From an uncultured Acidimicrobiia bacterium (GTDB lineage Bacteria; Acidobacteriota; Terriglobia; Versatilivoradales; Versatilivoraceae): 64,000 nucleotides of DNA. The DNA lies in assembly GCA_963786955.1 (NCBI GenBank), contig CAWBAT010000005.1:32001-96000 (forward strand). The letters run 5' to 3'. Below the pieces are notes generated by a model. That model did no database searches, had not been told where the DNA came from, and was given only the letters and a program-made list of their open reading frames with translations. Each line of letters begins with the position of its first letter. Position 1 is the stretch's first letter. Shown piece by piece: positions 30,239-39,119 of the stretch. The position numbers and the translations under genes are program-made.

Positions 30239-32092
30239 CTACTTAGTAATTAGCTCACACCGGGGACGCACGCTTATGGACTTGAATTCTTTTAATTGGA
30301 CGAGCCCGGGCTTGGACCCTCTTGGTTTAGACACATACTTGCGTCGCGTATGATGCACCTCAACTTTATTGGCATTTCGGGCCTGACTAAAATAGGCGGC
30401 TACTTCCGCCGCTTCTCTGAGGGATTGTTGCGGCGCAGAATCCAACCTTTCTGGATTGCGTAAGACAACATGCGAGCCTCCATAATCGGCGACATGAAAC
30501 CAAAAATCATCCGGATTTGCCAATTTAAATGTCAGGACATCATTTTCACGGCTATTTTTCCCCACCCAGATTTCCATTCCATCGGTAGACGAAAAAATTC
30601 TGGCTGATTTCTTGATTGAAGTCAGTTCGGTCTGGGCTTTGTGACGGCGAACGGACCGGGTTCCAAACTTTGTAATTTCGGAAGAATTTTTTTTCATCTC
30701 TTTGGCTTGAGTCTGGGAGGGAGGTTCATCCAATGTTTCGCTCGCCTCAGCGGAACGAGCCAGGCGATCCAGGTGTAATTCAAGGTTTGAGATTTCCAAG
30801 TCCAGCGTGTCTATGCGTCTCTGGATCACGGGGATTGCACGATTGGCCTTTTGAAAGAGTCGGGCATAACGATTTGCATTCTCGATGAGACTGAGCTGGG
30901 GATTGAGAGGAATCTCGATTGCGTGCATTGCCGCATCAAACAAGTCCGGAATGGTCTTCTGGACACTTCCTTTTTGTGCCTTATCAGGTTGCGCATAGAG
31001 AAGATTGGAATATTTTTCAAAAATGCCATATCCCAAATTCTTCTGCAAGTCCTCGCCTAAACTCTTTTTGAGTCGAAGCTTCCTCTTAAGAGCCGCCGTC
31101 AGTTGAGATTTAAGAGTCTGTGCTTTCCTCTGAACCGGCCCAACAGCGCGTGAATTTTGAAATAGTTCAGTGGCCAGTTCATTCACAGTGGGAAAGATTT
31201 TATGGCGGCAAGAGGCAAGATGTTCCAAAGGAATTGGAGAGGGAACTTGTGGATGATGGCCCACAGGGCTGATTTCCATTGAATTTGCCAGTTCGGTCAG
31301 AGGGTCTGGCGTAAAGTAAATCCGAGGACTGAAAGGTCCCGCTGAAAAGCGCCGGCAGAGTGACTGAAACTCGGTCCACAAAGATTCAATTGTTAAGCAT
31401 CGCCTAAACTGCAATTCGTGTCTGAACGCTGGGGTAAGCCCTAATATCTGGGCCATTGGGTCAAGGCTCAAGGGTTGGAGGTTTGGGCCATGACTTTCCT
31501 CCCCCTCAGAGACTCGGGCGGTTGTTGCTAGGTTCAGGCCAACTTGGATGGTCTGTGTCCCGGTAAATAGACCTACAAATTGAGATTGGGTGATGTTGTC
31601 CACTTGATATTTGCCGACGGGGGGAACGTGCCGATAGGGGCTTTTCCCGCTTCCTCCGCTATCTGTAACGGGAAAAGCCGAGGCGATCACTTCATCGGAG
31701 GCATCGAGGAGGAACAAGTTGAGCCTATGAGGAATCAGTCGAATGACGAGTCGAAAACGCTCTGGCTGATTCGAGAGAGAAAGTTTCTCAACTTCTAGAA
31801 TAAGGACGCGATCGGCCGTTTCTTTGCTGAATTCAACCACTCTCCCACCTTGAACTTTCTTTCTTAGAATCATCAAAAAGTCTGAGGCCTCTGACTGCAA
31901 CGGAACCTCTCGATCCGAAAGGAAAAGGATTGGGGCGGTCGGGACCAGCGAGATAATAAAAGACTTGGGGGGTGCTGGGCGTAGACTGAGGACGAAGGTA
32001 GGATCTGACGAGCACCGAATTTTCTGGATCGAGCGATCGAGCAGCGCGGGACGAATTTCCCGAAAAAGTGCATTGAGACAAAGGTTATCCAT
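30239..32092 (-). CDS. rqcH: Rqc2/RqcH (FbpA/NFACT) ribosome quality-control protein
   Basis: NFACT-N start MDNLCL, IPLNPQLSLIENANRY, and NFACT-R VGKNSRENDVLT, FWFHV..GGSHV and AAYFS. Confidence 0.85.
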   Translation of the reverse strand: MDNLCLNALFREIRPALLDRSIQKIRCSSDPTFVLSLRPAPPKSFIISLVPTAPILFLSDREVPLQSEASDFLMILRKKVQGGRVVEFSKETADRVLILEVEKLSLSNQPERFRLVIRLIPHRLNLFLLDASDEVIASAFPVTDSGGSGKSPYRHVPPVGKYQVDNITQSQFVGLFTGTQTIQVGLNLATTARVSEGEESHGPNLQPLSLDPMAQILGLTPAFRHELQFRRCLTIESLWTEFQSLCRRFSAGPFSPRIYFTPDPLTELANSMEISPVGHHPQVPSPIPLEHLASCRHKIFPTVNELATELFQNSRAVGPVQRKAQTLKSQLTAALKRKLRLKKSLGEDLQKNLGYGIFEKYSNLLYAQPDKAQKGSVQKTIPDLFDAAMHAIEIPLNPQLSLIENANRYARLFQKANRAIPVIQRRIDTLDLEISNLELHLDRLARSAEASETLDEPPSQTQAKEMKKNSSEITKFGTRSVRRHKAQTELTSIKKSARIFSSTDGMEIWVGKNSRENDVLTFKLANPDDFWFHVADYGGSHVVLRNPERLDSAPQQSLREAAEVAAYFSQARNANKVEVHHTRRKYVSKPRGSKPGLVQLKEFKSISVRPRCELITK

Positions 32093-32666
32093 GATGCAGA
32101 AACTCAGGCCTTCTCAAAATTCGATAGAGCAATGAAACGGGCAATCCCACCACGTTAAAAAAACATCCTTCGATACCCTCGATAAAGCGTGCAGCCTTCC
32201 CTTGACTCGCATAGCCCCCAGCTTTATCAAATGGTTCGCCCGTCTCCAGGTAATCCTCAATTTCTTCCCCCGAGAGTTCAATGAACCTCACGATAGTGCG
32301 CGCGGCATCGACAACGACGGTTTCTCCTTTTAGAACACATAGCCCCGTAATGACTTCATGGGACCGGCCACTGAGCCTCTGGAGCATCCACCTCGCTGCT
32401 TCCGGGCTGCCCGGTTTCCCCAGGACATGACCTTCGCAGACAACGACCGTATCGGCACCGATGACTAAAGACTCAGGGCGGATAAGACGGATCGCCATGG
32501 CCTTTTCTTTGGCTAAACGCTGCACCATCTGGGAAGGAGATTCCCCCGGCTGCTGAAATTCTTCAATCTGACTGGGAATCACTTCAAAATTGCTGCACAA
32601 TAGGCCGAGCAAGTCCCGGCGTCGGGGAGAACTTGAAGCAAGAACCCAGGGTCTGTTTTCAATCAT
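32085..32666 (-). CDS. maf: Maf-family nucleoside triphosphate pyrophosphatase
   Basis: LASSSPRRRDLL, IGADTVV, LGKP, DKAGGY and NVVGLP. Confidence 0.95.
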   Translation of the reverse strand: MIENRPWVLASSSPRRRDLLGLLCSNFEVIPSQIEEFQQPGESPSQMVQRLAKEKAMAIRLIRPESLVIGADTVVVCEGHVLGKPGSPEAARWMLQRLSGRSHEVITGLCVLKGETVVVDAARTIVRFIELSGEEIEDYLETGEPFDKAGGYASQGKAARFIEGIEGCFFNVVGLPVSLLYRILRRPEFLHHG

Positions 32667-32749
32667 TTGTTTTCGTCCGTAAGTTTAGTTTACAAGTCCA
32701 AAAGCGGTATGATACAAAAACTTCTTAAGTCTTCTGCCGAAGGAGGGGG

Positions 32750-34138
32750 ATGAAAGATCTCAAGAGTGGTCTAAAAGTCATCATCTTGGTCCTGGTTTTA
32801 GCCGCCCTCGATGCCTCATTCGAGGCGCAAACCAAAGAAGCGCCGAATTCTGCTCCCGAAGCTTCCAGTTTCGATATCAGCATTTTTTTTACGGGGAACA
32901 TTCAAGGTAATATTGAACCTTGTGGCTGACCGCGCAATCCCGCGGGCGGTCTGGCTCGCCGTGCTCAGATTCTAAACGAAATTCACTCCGAATATCCGGA
33001 TAAGTTTAGGATAGAAGTGGAGATCGGGAATTACATGCAGAACCTTGGACCGGACCGGAGAGTGAAGAACAAATGGGTATTACAAGGTATGAAAAAACTG
33101 GGGGTTGAAATCCTGAACGTAGCCGAATCCGATATCGATGAACTCGAGGCTCAAGGGGTTGACTTCAATGCAGACGACCGATTTATTTCTGCGAATTTGA
33201 TCTCTTCCAAGACAAATTCTCCTCTCCTGAAACCATACCTTGTCAAGCAGATCGCCTTGCCAGAAACGCAAAAAAAATTCAGGCTCGGATTCTTGGGCCT
33301 CTCGGCGCGGGAAGGTTCCTACAAGACGGATAAGAAGGGTTATCTATGGGCCGATCCGATGGTAAGCGCCAAACAATGGATTCCAGAACTCCGGAAGAAA
33401 TGTGATTTTCTAATCCTTCTGGCCTGCATGCCTTCCAAAGACTCGGTACAATTGGCAGTCGATAATCCCGAGGTCGATGTTATTTTGAATGGTTTCAAGC
33501 ACCAGTGGAGTGACCCGCCCGCCAAGATCAATCAATCCACGATCATTTATGCAGAAGATGAAGGAAGAATTCTGGGTGAGTTGCGATTGCGTATCGCGGG
33601 GAAAGAAAAAGCGGAGGTGAATTCCGTCAATCATATCCTCACAAAAGTGGTGAAGGATGACCCCGAAATGGCCGCCTATGTAGCCCTTGCCAAAGAAGAA
33701 ATTACAGAACAACAGCGGATCCTGGCGAATGAGAAGCCTCTAATAACGGCCTCATCAGAACTTCGGGTCAACTCACCTTATCTCACCGCTAAGTCCTGTG
33801 AGAATTGTCACGCATCGGCTTACGAAGTATGGCAACACTCCAAGCATGCGAAAGCTATTGAAATTCTAAAGCAGGTGAAGAGAGAATTTGATTCATCCTG
33901 TGTGGGTTGCCATACGACCGGCAAGGGGAATGTCGGGGGATTCGTAGATCTCAATCAGACACCGGAATTGGCCAACGTCCAATGTGAGGCTTGCCATGGC
34001 CCGGGACAAGCCCATAGCGCCAAGCCGACCGAATCTAAAATGCTTAAACTCAATCCATCAGCCTGCTTGCAGTGCCACACAAGATCGAATAGTCCAGAAT
34101 TTGATTTTGCAACCTATTGGTCAAAAGTAAGACATTAG
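32750..34138 (+). CDS. Probable selenoprotein: signal peptide + UshA/5'-nucleotidase-like domain (C-G-U) + tetraheme cytochrome c (c554-like) domain
   Basis: RBS aggagggg + ATG 32750 is in frame with the tracked ORF at 33017. The only interruption is TGA at 32927-32929 (codon 60) in GNIEPCG-U-PRNPAGGLARRA. Four heme motifs follow: CENCH, CVGCH, CEACH and CLQCH. Confidence 0.85.
32930..32962 (+). promoter_or_regulatory. Bacterial SECIS-like hairpin immediately 3' of in-frame UGA
   Basis: Stem GCGGGC (32942-47) pairs with GCUCGC (32954-59), closing loop GGUCUG. It begins 12 nt after the UGA. The same apical GGUCUG sequence occurs in the E. coli fdhF SECIS. Confidence 0.75.
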
Positions 34139-34278
34139 CCGCTGTTACGCCTCGCCTTTGCTTGAATGATGGGGGGGGGCCGCCGAATGGTGCACTGGGT
34201 GCAGGGCGAATTTTCCAAACGGGCAGTAAGGGGTTCTGGTTCACCCTCCTTTAATGAGAAGAACGGAATGAGGCAATC

Positions 34279-34710
34279 ATGGATCAGTTAGGAACTCTCC
34301 TCCGTCAGGCTGCCAATTTACTCCCGCAACGACAGGAACTGAAGGAGTCCTTGGCTCTGGCACTCTGGGAACAGGCCGTGGGAGAAGCGCTGGCGAAGAA
34401 TACAAAACCACTGCGATTGTACCGCTCGACGTTGATCGTTATAGTGCCCTCGCAGGCATGGAGAAAAGAATTGCACCTCATGAGAACTGAGATCGTCACA
34501 AAAATAAACGAGAACGCCGGATTTCGATTGATCCAAGATGTTGAGTTCCGCGTCGACCCAAATTTTACAGTTCTCCCCGCTACCCCACCTCAGGTCGATT
34601 CAGAAACCCCTTCAAGGCCGCTGGATTTACCGATAGAGGCCATTTCCGACCAAGGCCTTCGCGACAGCTTGGTGGCAGCTGCCTCCAGTTACCTTCAACG
34701 AAGTAGATAA
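34279..34710 (+). CDS. DUF721 (DciA-like) protein
   Basis: WEQAVGEALAKNTKPL...LIVIVPSQAWRKEL pattern. Confidence 0.85.
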   Translation: MDQLGTLLRQAANLLPQRQELKESLALALWEQAVGEALAKNTKPLRLYRSTLIVIVPSQAWRKELHLMRTEIVTKINENAGFRLIQDVEFRVDPNFTVLPATPPQVDSETPSRPLDLPIEAISDQGLRDSLVAAASSYLQRSR

Positions 34711-34719
34711 GGATTCACT

Positions 34720-35022
34720 ATGAAAATTGGCCCCAATGAAGTCGAATATGTAGCCAAGCTGGCAAATCTGGCTATAACCGAAGAAGAGAAAAATACGTTT
34801 ATCGGGCAATTGAATTCCATCTTGGAATATGTGGAACAATTGAATCGTGTAGACACGAGTCAGGTCGAACCCACCGCTCAAGTGGTTTACGCAAAAGCCA
34901 GCACAGAGTCCATGCGAAATGACTTGCCTCAGGTTACCTTCTCGCAAGAAGATTCGCTGCAAAACGCGCCCTCAAAAGGCGCGGGGCACTTTAAGGTCCC
35001 CAAAGTCATTGCGGATCGATAA
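34720..35022 (+). CDS. gatC: Asp/Glu-tRNA amidotransferase subunit C
   Basis: EVEYVAKLANL, LNRVDTSQVEPT and NAP...FKVPKVI. Confidence 0.95.
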   Translation: MKIGPNEVEYVAKLANLAITEEEKNTFIGQLNSILEYVEQLNRVDTSQVEPTAQVVYAKASTESMRNDLPQVTFSQEDSLQNAPSKGAGHFKVPKVIADR

Positions 35023-35075
35023 TTCAGTTTTACCCGTATTCCATAAAATCTTAGGAAAAGTCGTTATAAAGGGGA

Positions 35076-36527
35076 GTGTTTGTGGATTCATCGGAAACAA
35101 GAATATCCAGAATCAGAGCCTCGATCGAGAAGGGAGAAATCTCTGCTGTTGAGGTCTGTAAATCTTACCTCAAGTCCATTGAGGAGCGCGATCCGCAAAT
35201 TCATGCCCTTATTCATTACAACCCCGACATCGCTCTAGCCCAGGCCGCTCAGATCGACAAACGGCGGGCAGCTCGGCAGCCTTTGCCCCCGCTGGCCGGA
35301 ATTCCCATTGCCATCAAGGATAATATTTTGATCGAGGGCCAGCGTTGTACTTGTGCTTCGAAAATTCTAGAGAATTTTGTTGCCCCGTACAATGCCACGG
35401 TCATTGAGAAACTCTCGTCGGCTGGGGCTGTATTTGTCGGCAAGGCGAATCTGGACGAGTTCGCGATGGGGTCTTCCACAGAAAACTCAGCCTTCTTCCC
35501 AACGCACAATCCGCTCTCCCTCGATTATGTACCCGGTGGGTCAAGTGGAGGTTCAACCGCAGCGGTTGCAGGTAAAATGGCCGTTGCCGCATTAGGTTCC
35601 GACACGGGTGGTTCCATCCGCCAACCTTCATCTTTTTGCGGCGTGGTAGGGCTTAAGCCGACTTATGGACGAGTGTCGCGTTACGGACTGGTGGCGTTTG
35701 GTTCATCCTTGGATCAAATCGGGCCGATCGCAAATCACGTTGAAGATGTCGCTCTACTTTTAGGGATTCTGGCCGGTAAAGACTCTCATGATTCGACATC
35801 TCTAAATGTCGAAATTCCGGACTATCTCGCCCAGCTCAACGCCGATATCAAAGGCACCAAGATTGGATTGCCTCGAGAGTACTTCCAAGCAGGAATTACA
35901 GCCGATGTGCATTCCAAAATTCGCGCCGGTCTTAAAGTGCTGGAGGATTTAGGTTGCGAATTAATTGAAATTAACCTCCCCCATACGGACTTTGCCATTG
36001 CCTGCTATTACGTCGTGGCAATGGCTGAAGCCAGCTCTAATTTGGCACGCTTTGACGGGGTACGATATGGCTTGCGGATTCAAGGTAATGGCAGTCTGAC
36101 CGAAATGTACCGTCAGACTCGTGACCTTGGGTTTGGGGCTGAAGTCAAACGCCGCATTATTCTGGGAACGTTCGTACTCAGTTCAGGATACTACGACGCT
36201 TATTACCTGAGAGCTCAAAAGGTGCGCACATTGGTCAAGCAGGATTTTGATAAAGCCTTTGAGAAAGTAGATGTCATTGTTTCTCCGACTTCGCCCACTC
36301 CGTCGTTTCGTTTGGGCGAAAAAAGTAATGATCCTCTGGCCATGTACCTTTCTGACATTTTTACGATAACGGCAAACTTGGCGGGAATCCCAGGGATCTC
36401 AGTTCCTTGCGGTAAAAATGCTCAGGGATTGCCAATCGGTATGCAATTACTGGGAAAGCATTTTGATGAATCGCGCCTACTCAATGTTGCGCACACCTTC
36501 GAAATGGCGGGTGGGTTTACGGTTTAA
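35076..36527 (+). CDS. gatA: Glu-tRNA(Gln) amidotransferase subunit A
   Basis: Amidase signature GGSSGGS, GSDTGGSIRQP, SSNLARFDGVRYG and EVKRRIILG. Confidence 0.97.
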   Translation: MFVDSSETRISRIRASIEKGEISAVEVCKSYLKSIEERDPQIHALIHYNPDIALAQAAQIDKRRAARQPLPPLAGIPIAIKDNILIEGQRCTCASKILENFVAPYNATVIEKLSSAGAVFVGKANLDEFAMGSSTENSAFFPTHNPLSLDYVPGGSSGGSTAAVAGKMAVAALGSDTGGSIRQPSSFCGVVGLKPTYGRVSRYGLVAFGSSLDQIGPIANHVEDVALLLGILAGKDSHDSTSLNVEIPDYLAQLNADIKGTKIGLPREYFQAGITADVHSKIRAGLKVLEDLGCELIEINLPHTDFAIACYYVVAMAEASSNLARFDGVRYGLRIQGNGSLTEMYRQTRDLGFGAEVKRRIILGTFVLSSGYYDAYYLRAQKVRTLVKQDFDKAFEKVDVIVSPTSPTPSFRLGEKSNDPLAMYLSDIFTITANLAGIPGISVPCGKNAQGLPIGMQLLGKHFDESRLLNVAHTFEMAGGFTV

Positions 36528-36765
36528 TCAGGTTGTGTCTTTTTCCGGTTCGACCTTATGCTGCCGAAGCAAGAACTTCCCTGGGGCGGTGATGTCCTTC
36601 AGAGTTCCTCGCCATTGCGAACGGAGGCCTTACTCTTTGGAATAGGTCCAGCCGTGTTCCAGGAGAAGACGTATTCGATAAGCGATGCTGAGTTGCGTCT
36701 CTCGGTAGCTGGAGAAGGCTCCGTCCCCACAGGATGGACTGGTTGGCCATCAAGTGTGGCTTCCT

Positions 36766-38757
36766 ATGGAACTGATCGCAGAACTTAAGTTCTACGGATT
36801 CGCTCTCAGTGCTGCACTGCAATTCACACTCCTTACCCTGGTCAAGCGCAATCGAAGGCTCGAACGGTTGGAGAGGGTCTTCTTTGTATTGATTGCCTCC
36901 TTCTTTGTCTGGAACTTCTCAAACTTTCTGTTGCTTCTGTTCAAAAAGACGGCCAACCCCCTGAGTGAGTTCCTCTTGGATTTGGTGGTCGCACCTATGG
37001 CCTTCTGTGTTTTCGCGCTCCTTCCTTCCCAACTGCTCCATTTTCATCTACTTCTGCAAGACCGGGTCTTAACTGCGCCTATCTTCAAGGTGAGAAGATT
37101 CTGGCAGACGATTCTTTATGCGCCAGTCCTGTTTTTGCCCTTTGCCTTTTGGAATTTTGTCGCTTCGTACATCCCGCAATCTTCAGTATTGGCTGGTTCT
37201 AAGTATGTGCAGCCTTATGCAGGGTGGTTTTGTATTGCGTTGCTCGTGTCGACGTGTATTCAACTGAAGATTCTGTTCCAGATCAGGGCACGCGAAGAAC
37301 GTATCTTGTTCACGATCTTAGCCTTGATTTTCATATCGGTGGCCTCCCTTTTCTTCTATGCCTATTTCATCTCTGACTTTTACGTCCAACTTCAATCCGG
37401 TGGAACACTAGAAGCGGTTTTGATGCTTTGGTCAATTTTGCCGAGCGCCCTATTAGGCTACTACGTCTTCCGACACAGTTTCTTGGAAATTGCTGTCCGA
37501 AGGGGGATTGGATTTCCCATTGCGGCCGCTTTCCTTTTATTGGTCTATCTCATTAGTGTGCGTTGGTTGAGGGACTTGATGACGTTCAATCAGTTGCCGG
37601 AGGGATTGGCAGAAGCAATCTTAATCCTCGTTTTGTTCCCATTGTTGCAGCCACTGACGCATTGGATTGACTTGTTTTTTGATCGACTTTTTTCACGCGA
37701 GATTTCTAAGTTCGAACGAATGGCAAAACGGGTGGAGGAAATATCCAGGTCCAAGATGGAGATCCATGAGCTATTGCCTCTGATCGAAAATTTGCTGCAA
37801 CAGGAACTGGGTCTCAAAAACCCCCATCTCACCCTGGAGTCCAAATCATTGGGTTCGAGCGAAGTGGCCGATGCGGAAAATGTGATGATTGCGGGGGCCG
37901 AAGAGGTTCTAGTCTTGAAAGGAAAAGGGATAAGCGGGAATATAAGGATTGAGGAAGATCCTGAAAAGCTCAGTAACGAACAACAAGCCGGTCTCAGATA
38001 CCTGATGCCGCAAATTGCTGCAGCCATTGAGACCTGCCAGCTCCTGGAGGGGAAAATTCGATTGGAACGTGAATTGGCAGAACATTCAAAAATGGCGAGC
38101 CTGGGACAAATGGCGGCATCTATTGCTCACAATATCAAGAATCCCTTGAGCTCTATTAAAACGATCGTACAGCTGATGCAGGAAGATGGTGAGCTCACGG
38201 AGAAATACAGCCGGGATCTCTCTCTGATCAATAGTGAAATTGATCGTTTGACTTCGAGCGTCACTCAATTACTTAAATTTTCGAAGCCTGGAATTCTTTC
38301 AAACACCAGCGTGGACCTGGCAGAGGTGCTGGAAAAGATTGTAAGAATTTTTGCTCCCGACGCAGAACAAAGAGCAATAAAACTCGAATTATCTCTGGCC
38401 GAGCGCCCTCTAAAGGTCAAAGGAAACGATGAAGTCCTGGTAGAACTCTTCCAAAATCTGATCGTCAATGCGCTCGAGGCAACTCCGGATCGAAGCCTTG
38501 TGACGATCAAGGGGGAGGTTGTACGGAATGAAAAGCAACCGATGATCCTGGTTAGAATAGAGGACGAAGGCCAAGGGATTCGCCCCGAGATTCTAAAACA
38601 GATTTTTAAACCATTTTTTACGACCAAGCAAAAAGGGACAGGATTGGGTCTGTCTGTGGCGCAGCGTCGAGTCTCAGACCTCGGGGGAAATATTGATTGT
38701 TTGAGCCCGATTTCCCATCGCGGAGGAACACGTTTTGAGGTGCGATTACCTGTCTGA
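36766..38757 (+). CDS. Multi-TM sensor histidine kinase (HisKA)
   Basis: Polytopic N-terminus, IAHNIKNPL, NLIVNA, EDEGQGI and PFFTTK..GTGLGL. Confidence 0.92.
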   Translation: MELIAELKFYGFALSAALQFTLLTLVKRNRRLERLERVFFVLIASFFVWNFSNFLLLLFKKTANPLSEFLLDLVVAPMAFCVFALLPSQLLHFHLLLQDRVLTAPIFKVRRFWQTILYAPVLFLPFAFWNFVASYIPQSSVLAGSKYVQPYAGWFCIALLVSTCIQLKILFQIRAREERILFTILALIFISVASLFFYAYFISDFYVQLQSGGTLEAVLMLWSILPSALLGYYVFRHSFLEIAVRRGIGFPIAAAFLLLVYLISVRWLRDLMTFNQLPEGLAEAILILVLFPLLQPLTHWIDLFFDRLFSREISKFERMAKRVEEISRSKMEIHELLPLIENLLQQELGLKNPHLTLESKSLGSSEVADAENVMIAGAEEVLVLKGKGISGNIRIEEDPEKLSNEQQAGLRYLMPQIAAAIETCQLLEGKIRLERELAEHSKMASLGQMAASIAHNIKNPLSSIKTIVQLMQEDGELTEKYSRDLSLINSEIDRLTSSVTQLLKFSKPGILSNTSVDLAEVLEKIVRIFAPDAEQRAIKLELSLAERPLKVKGNDEVLVELFQNLIVNALEATPDRSLVTIKGEVVRNEKQPMILVRIEDEGQGIRPEILKQIFKPFFTTKQKGTGLGLSVAQRRVSDLGGNIDCLSPISHRGGTRFEVRLPV

Positions 38758-38832
38758 AAAGTAGTAAGAAGAGGTCGCAGACGATTTCAGGCTATAGTAC
38801 CAGGAGAGCAAATCGTACTTTCACCCCTGAAG

Positions 38833-39030
38833 GTGTGAAAGAATTGGTTTCGGCGACGCTCTGCGAGAGTCCCCCTTGGTTAAGGGGGACTCTCGGGGGC
38901 AAGGTAGGGCGGTCTCGCTGAGACCGCCGACTATAGTTTCGGCATCGCGGCGCGCACGGCGTGCGCGCCCTACCAGAACGACCGCCCCCTCCTTATCAAG
39001 GAGGGGAACCAAAATTGAATTTTTTCACAC
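38833..39030. mobile_element. MITE-like element with terminal inverted repeats enclosing REP-like palindromes
   Basis: GTGTGAAAGAATT (38833) and AATTTTTTCACAC (39018-30) form a 12/13 inverted repeat. Inside are CCCCCTTGGTTAAGGGGG, GTAGGGCG...CGCCCTAC and CCCCTCCTTATCAAGGAGGGG hairpins. Confidence 0.6.
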
Positions 39031-39119
39031 ATTCCCTCAGCGAGAGGATCCAGGGATGGAATGTACTGTGTGTCCAAGAAATAACTCTGCAATTTTCGCC
39101 TATCAATTGGGTGAGGCTC

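Noticed and set aside
36530-36765. Structured ncRNA or riboswitch between gatA and the kinase
   Set aside because: No T-box or other recognisable consensus seen; would need an Rfam scan.
38961-39119. N-terminal extension of the NtrC-like regulator
   Set aside because: The extension is translated repeat DNA; the receiver domain begins at ATG 39120.
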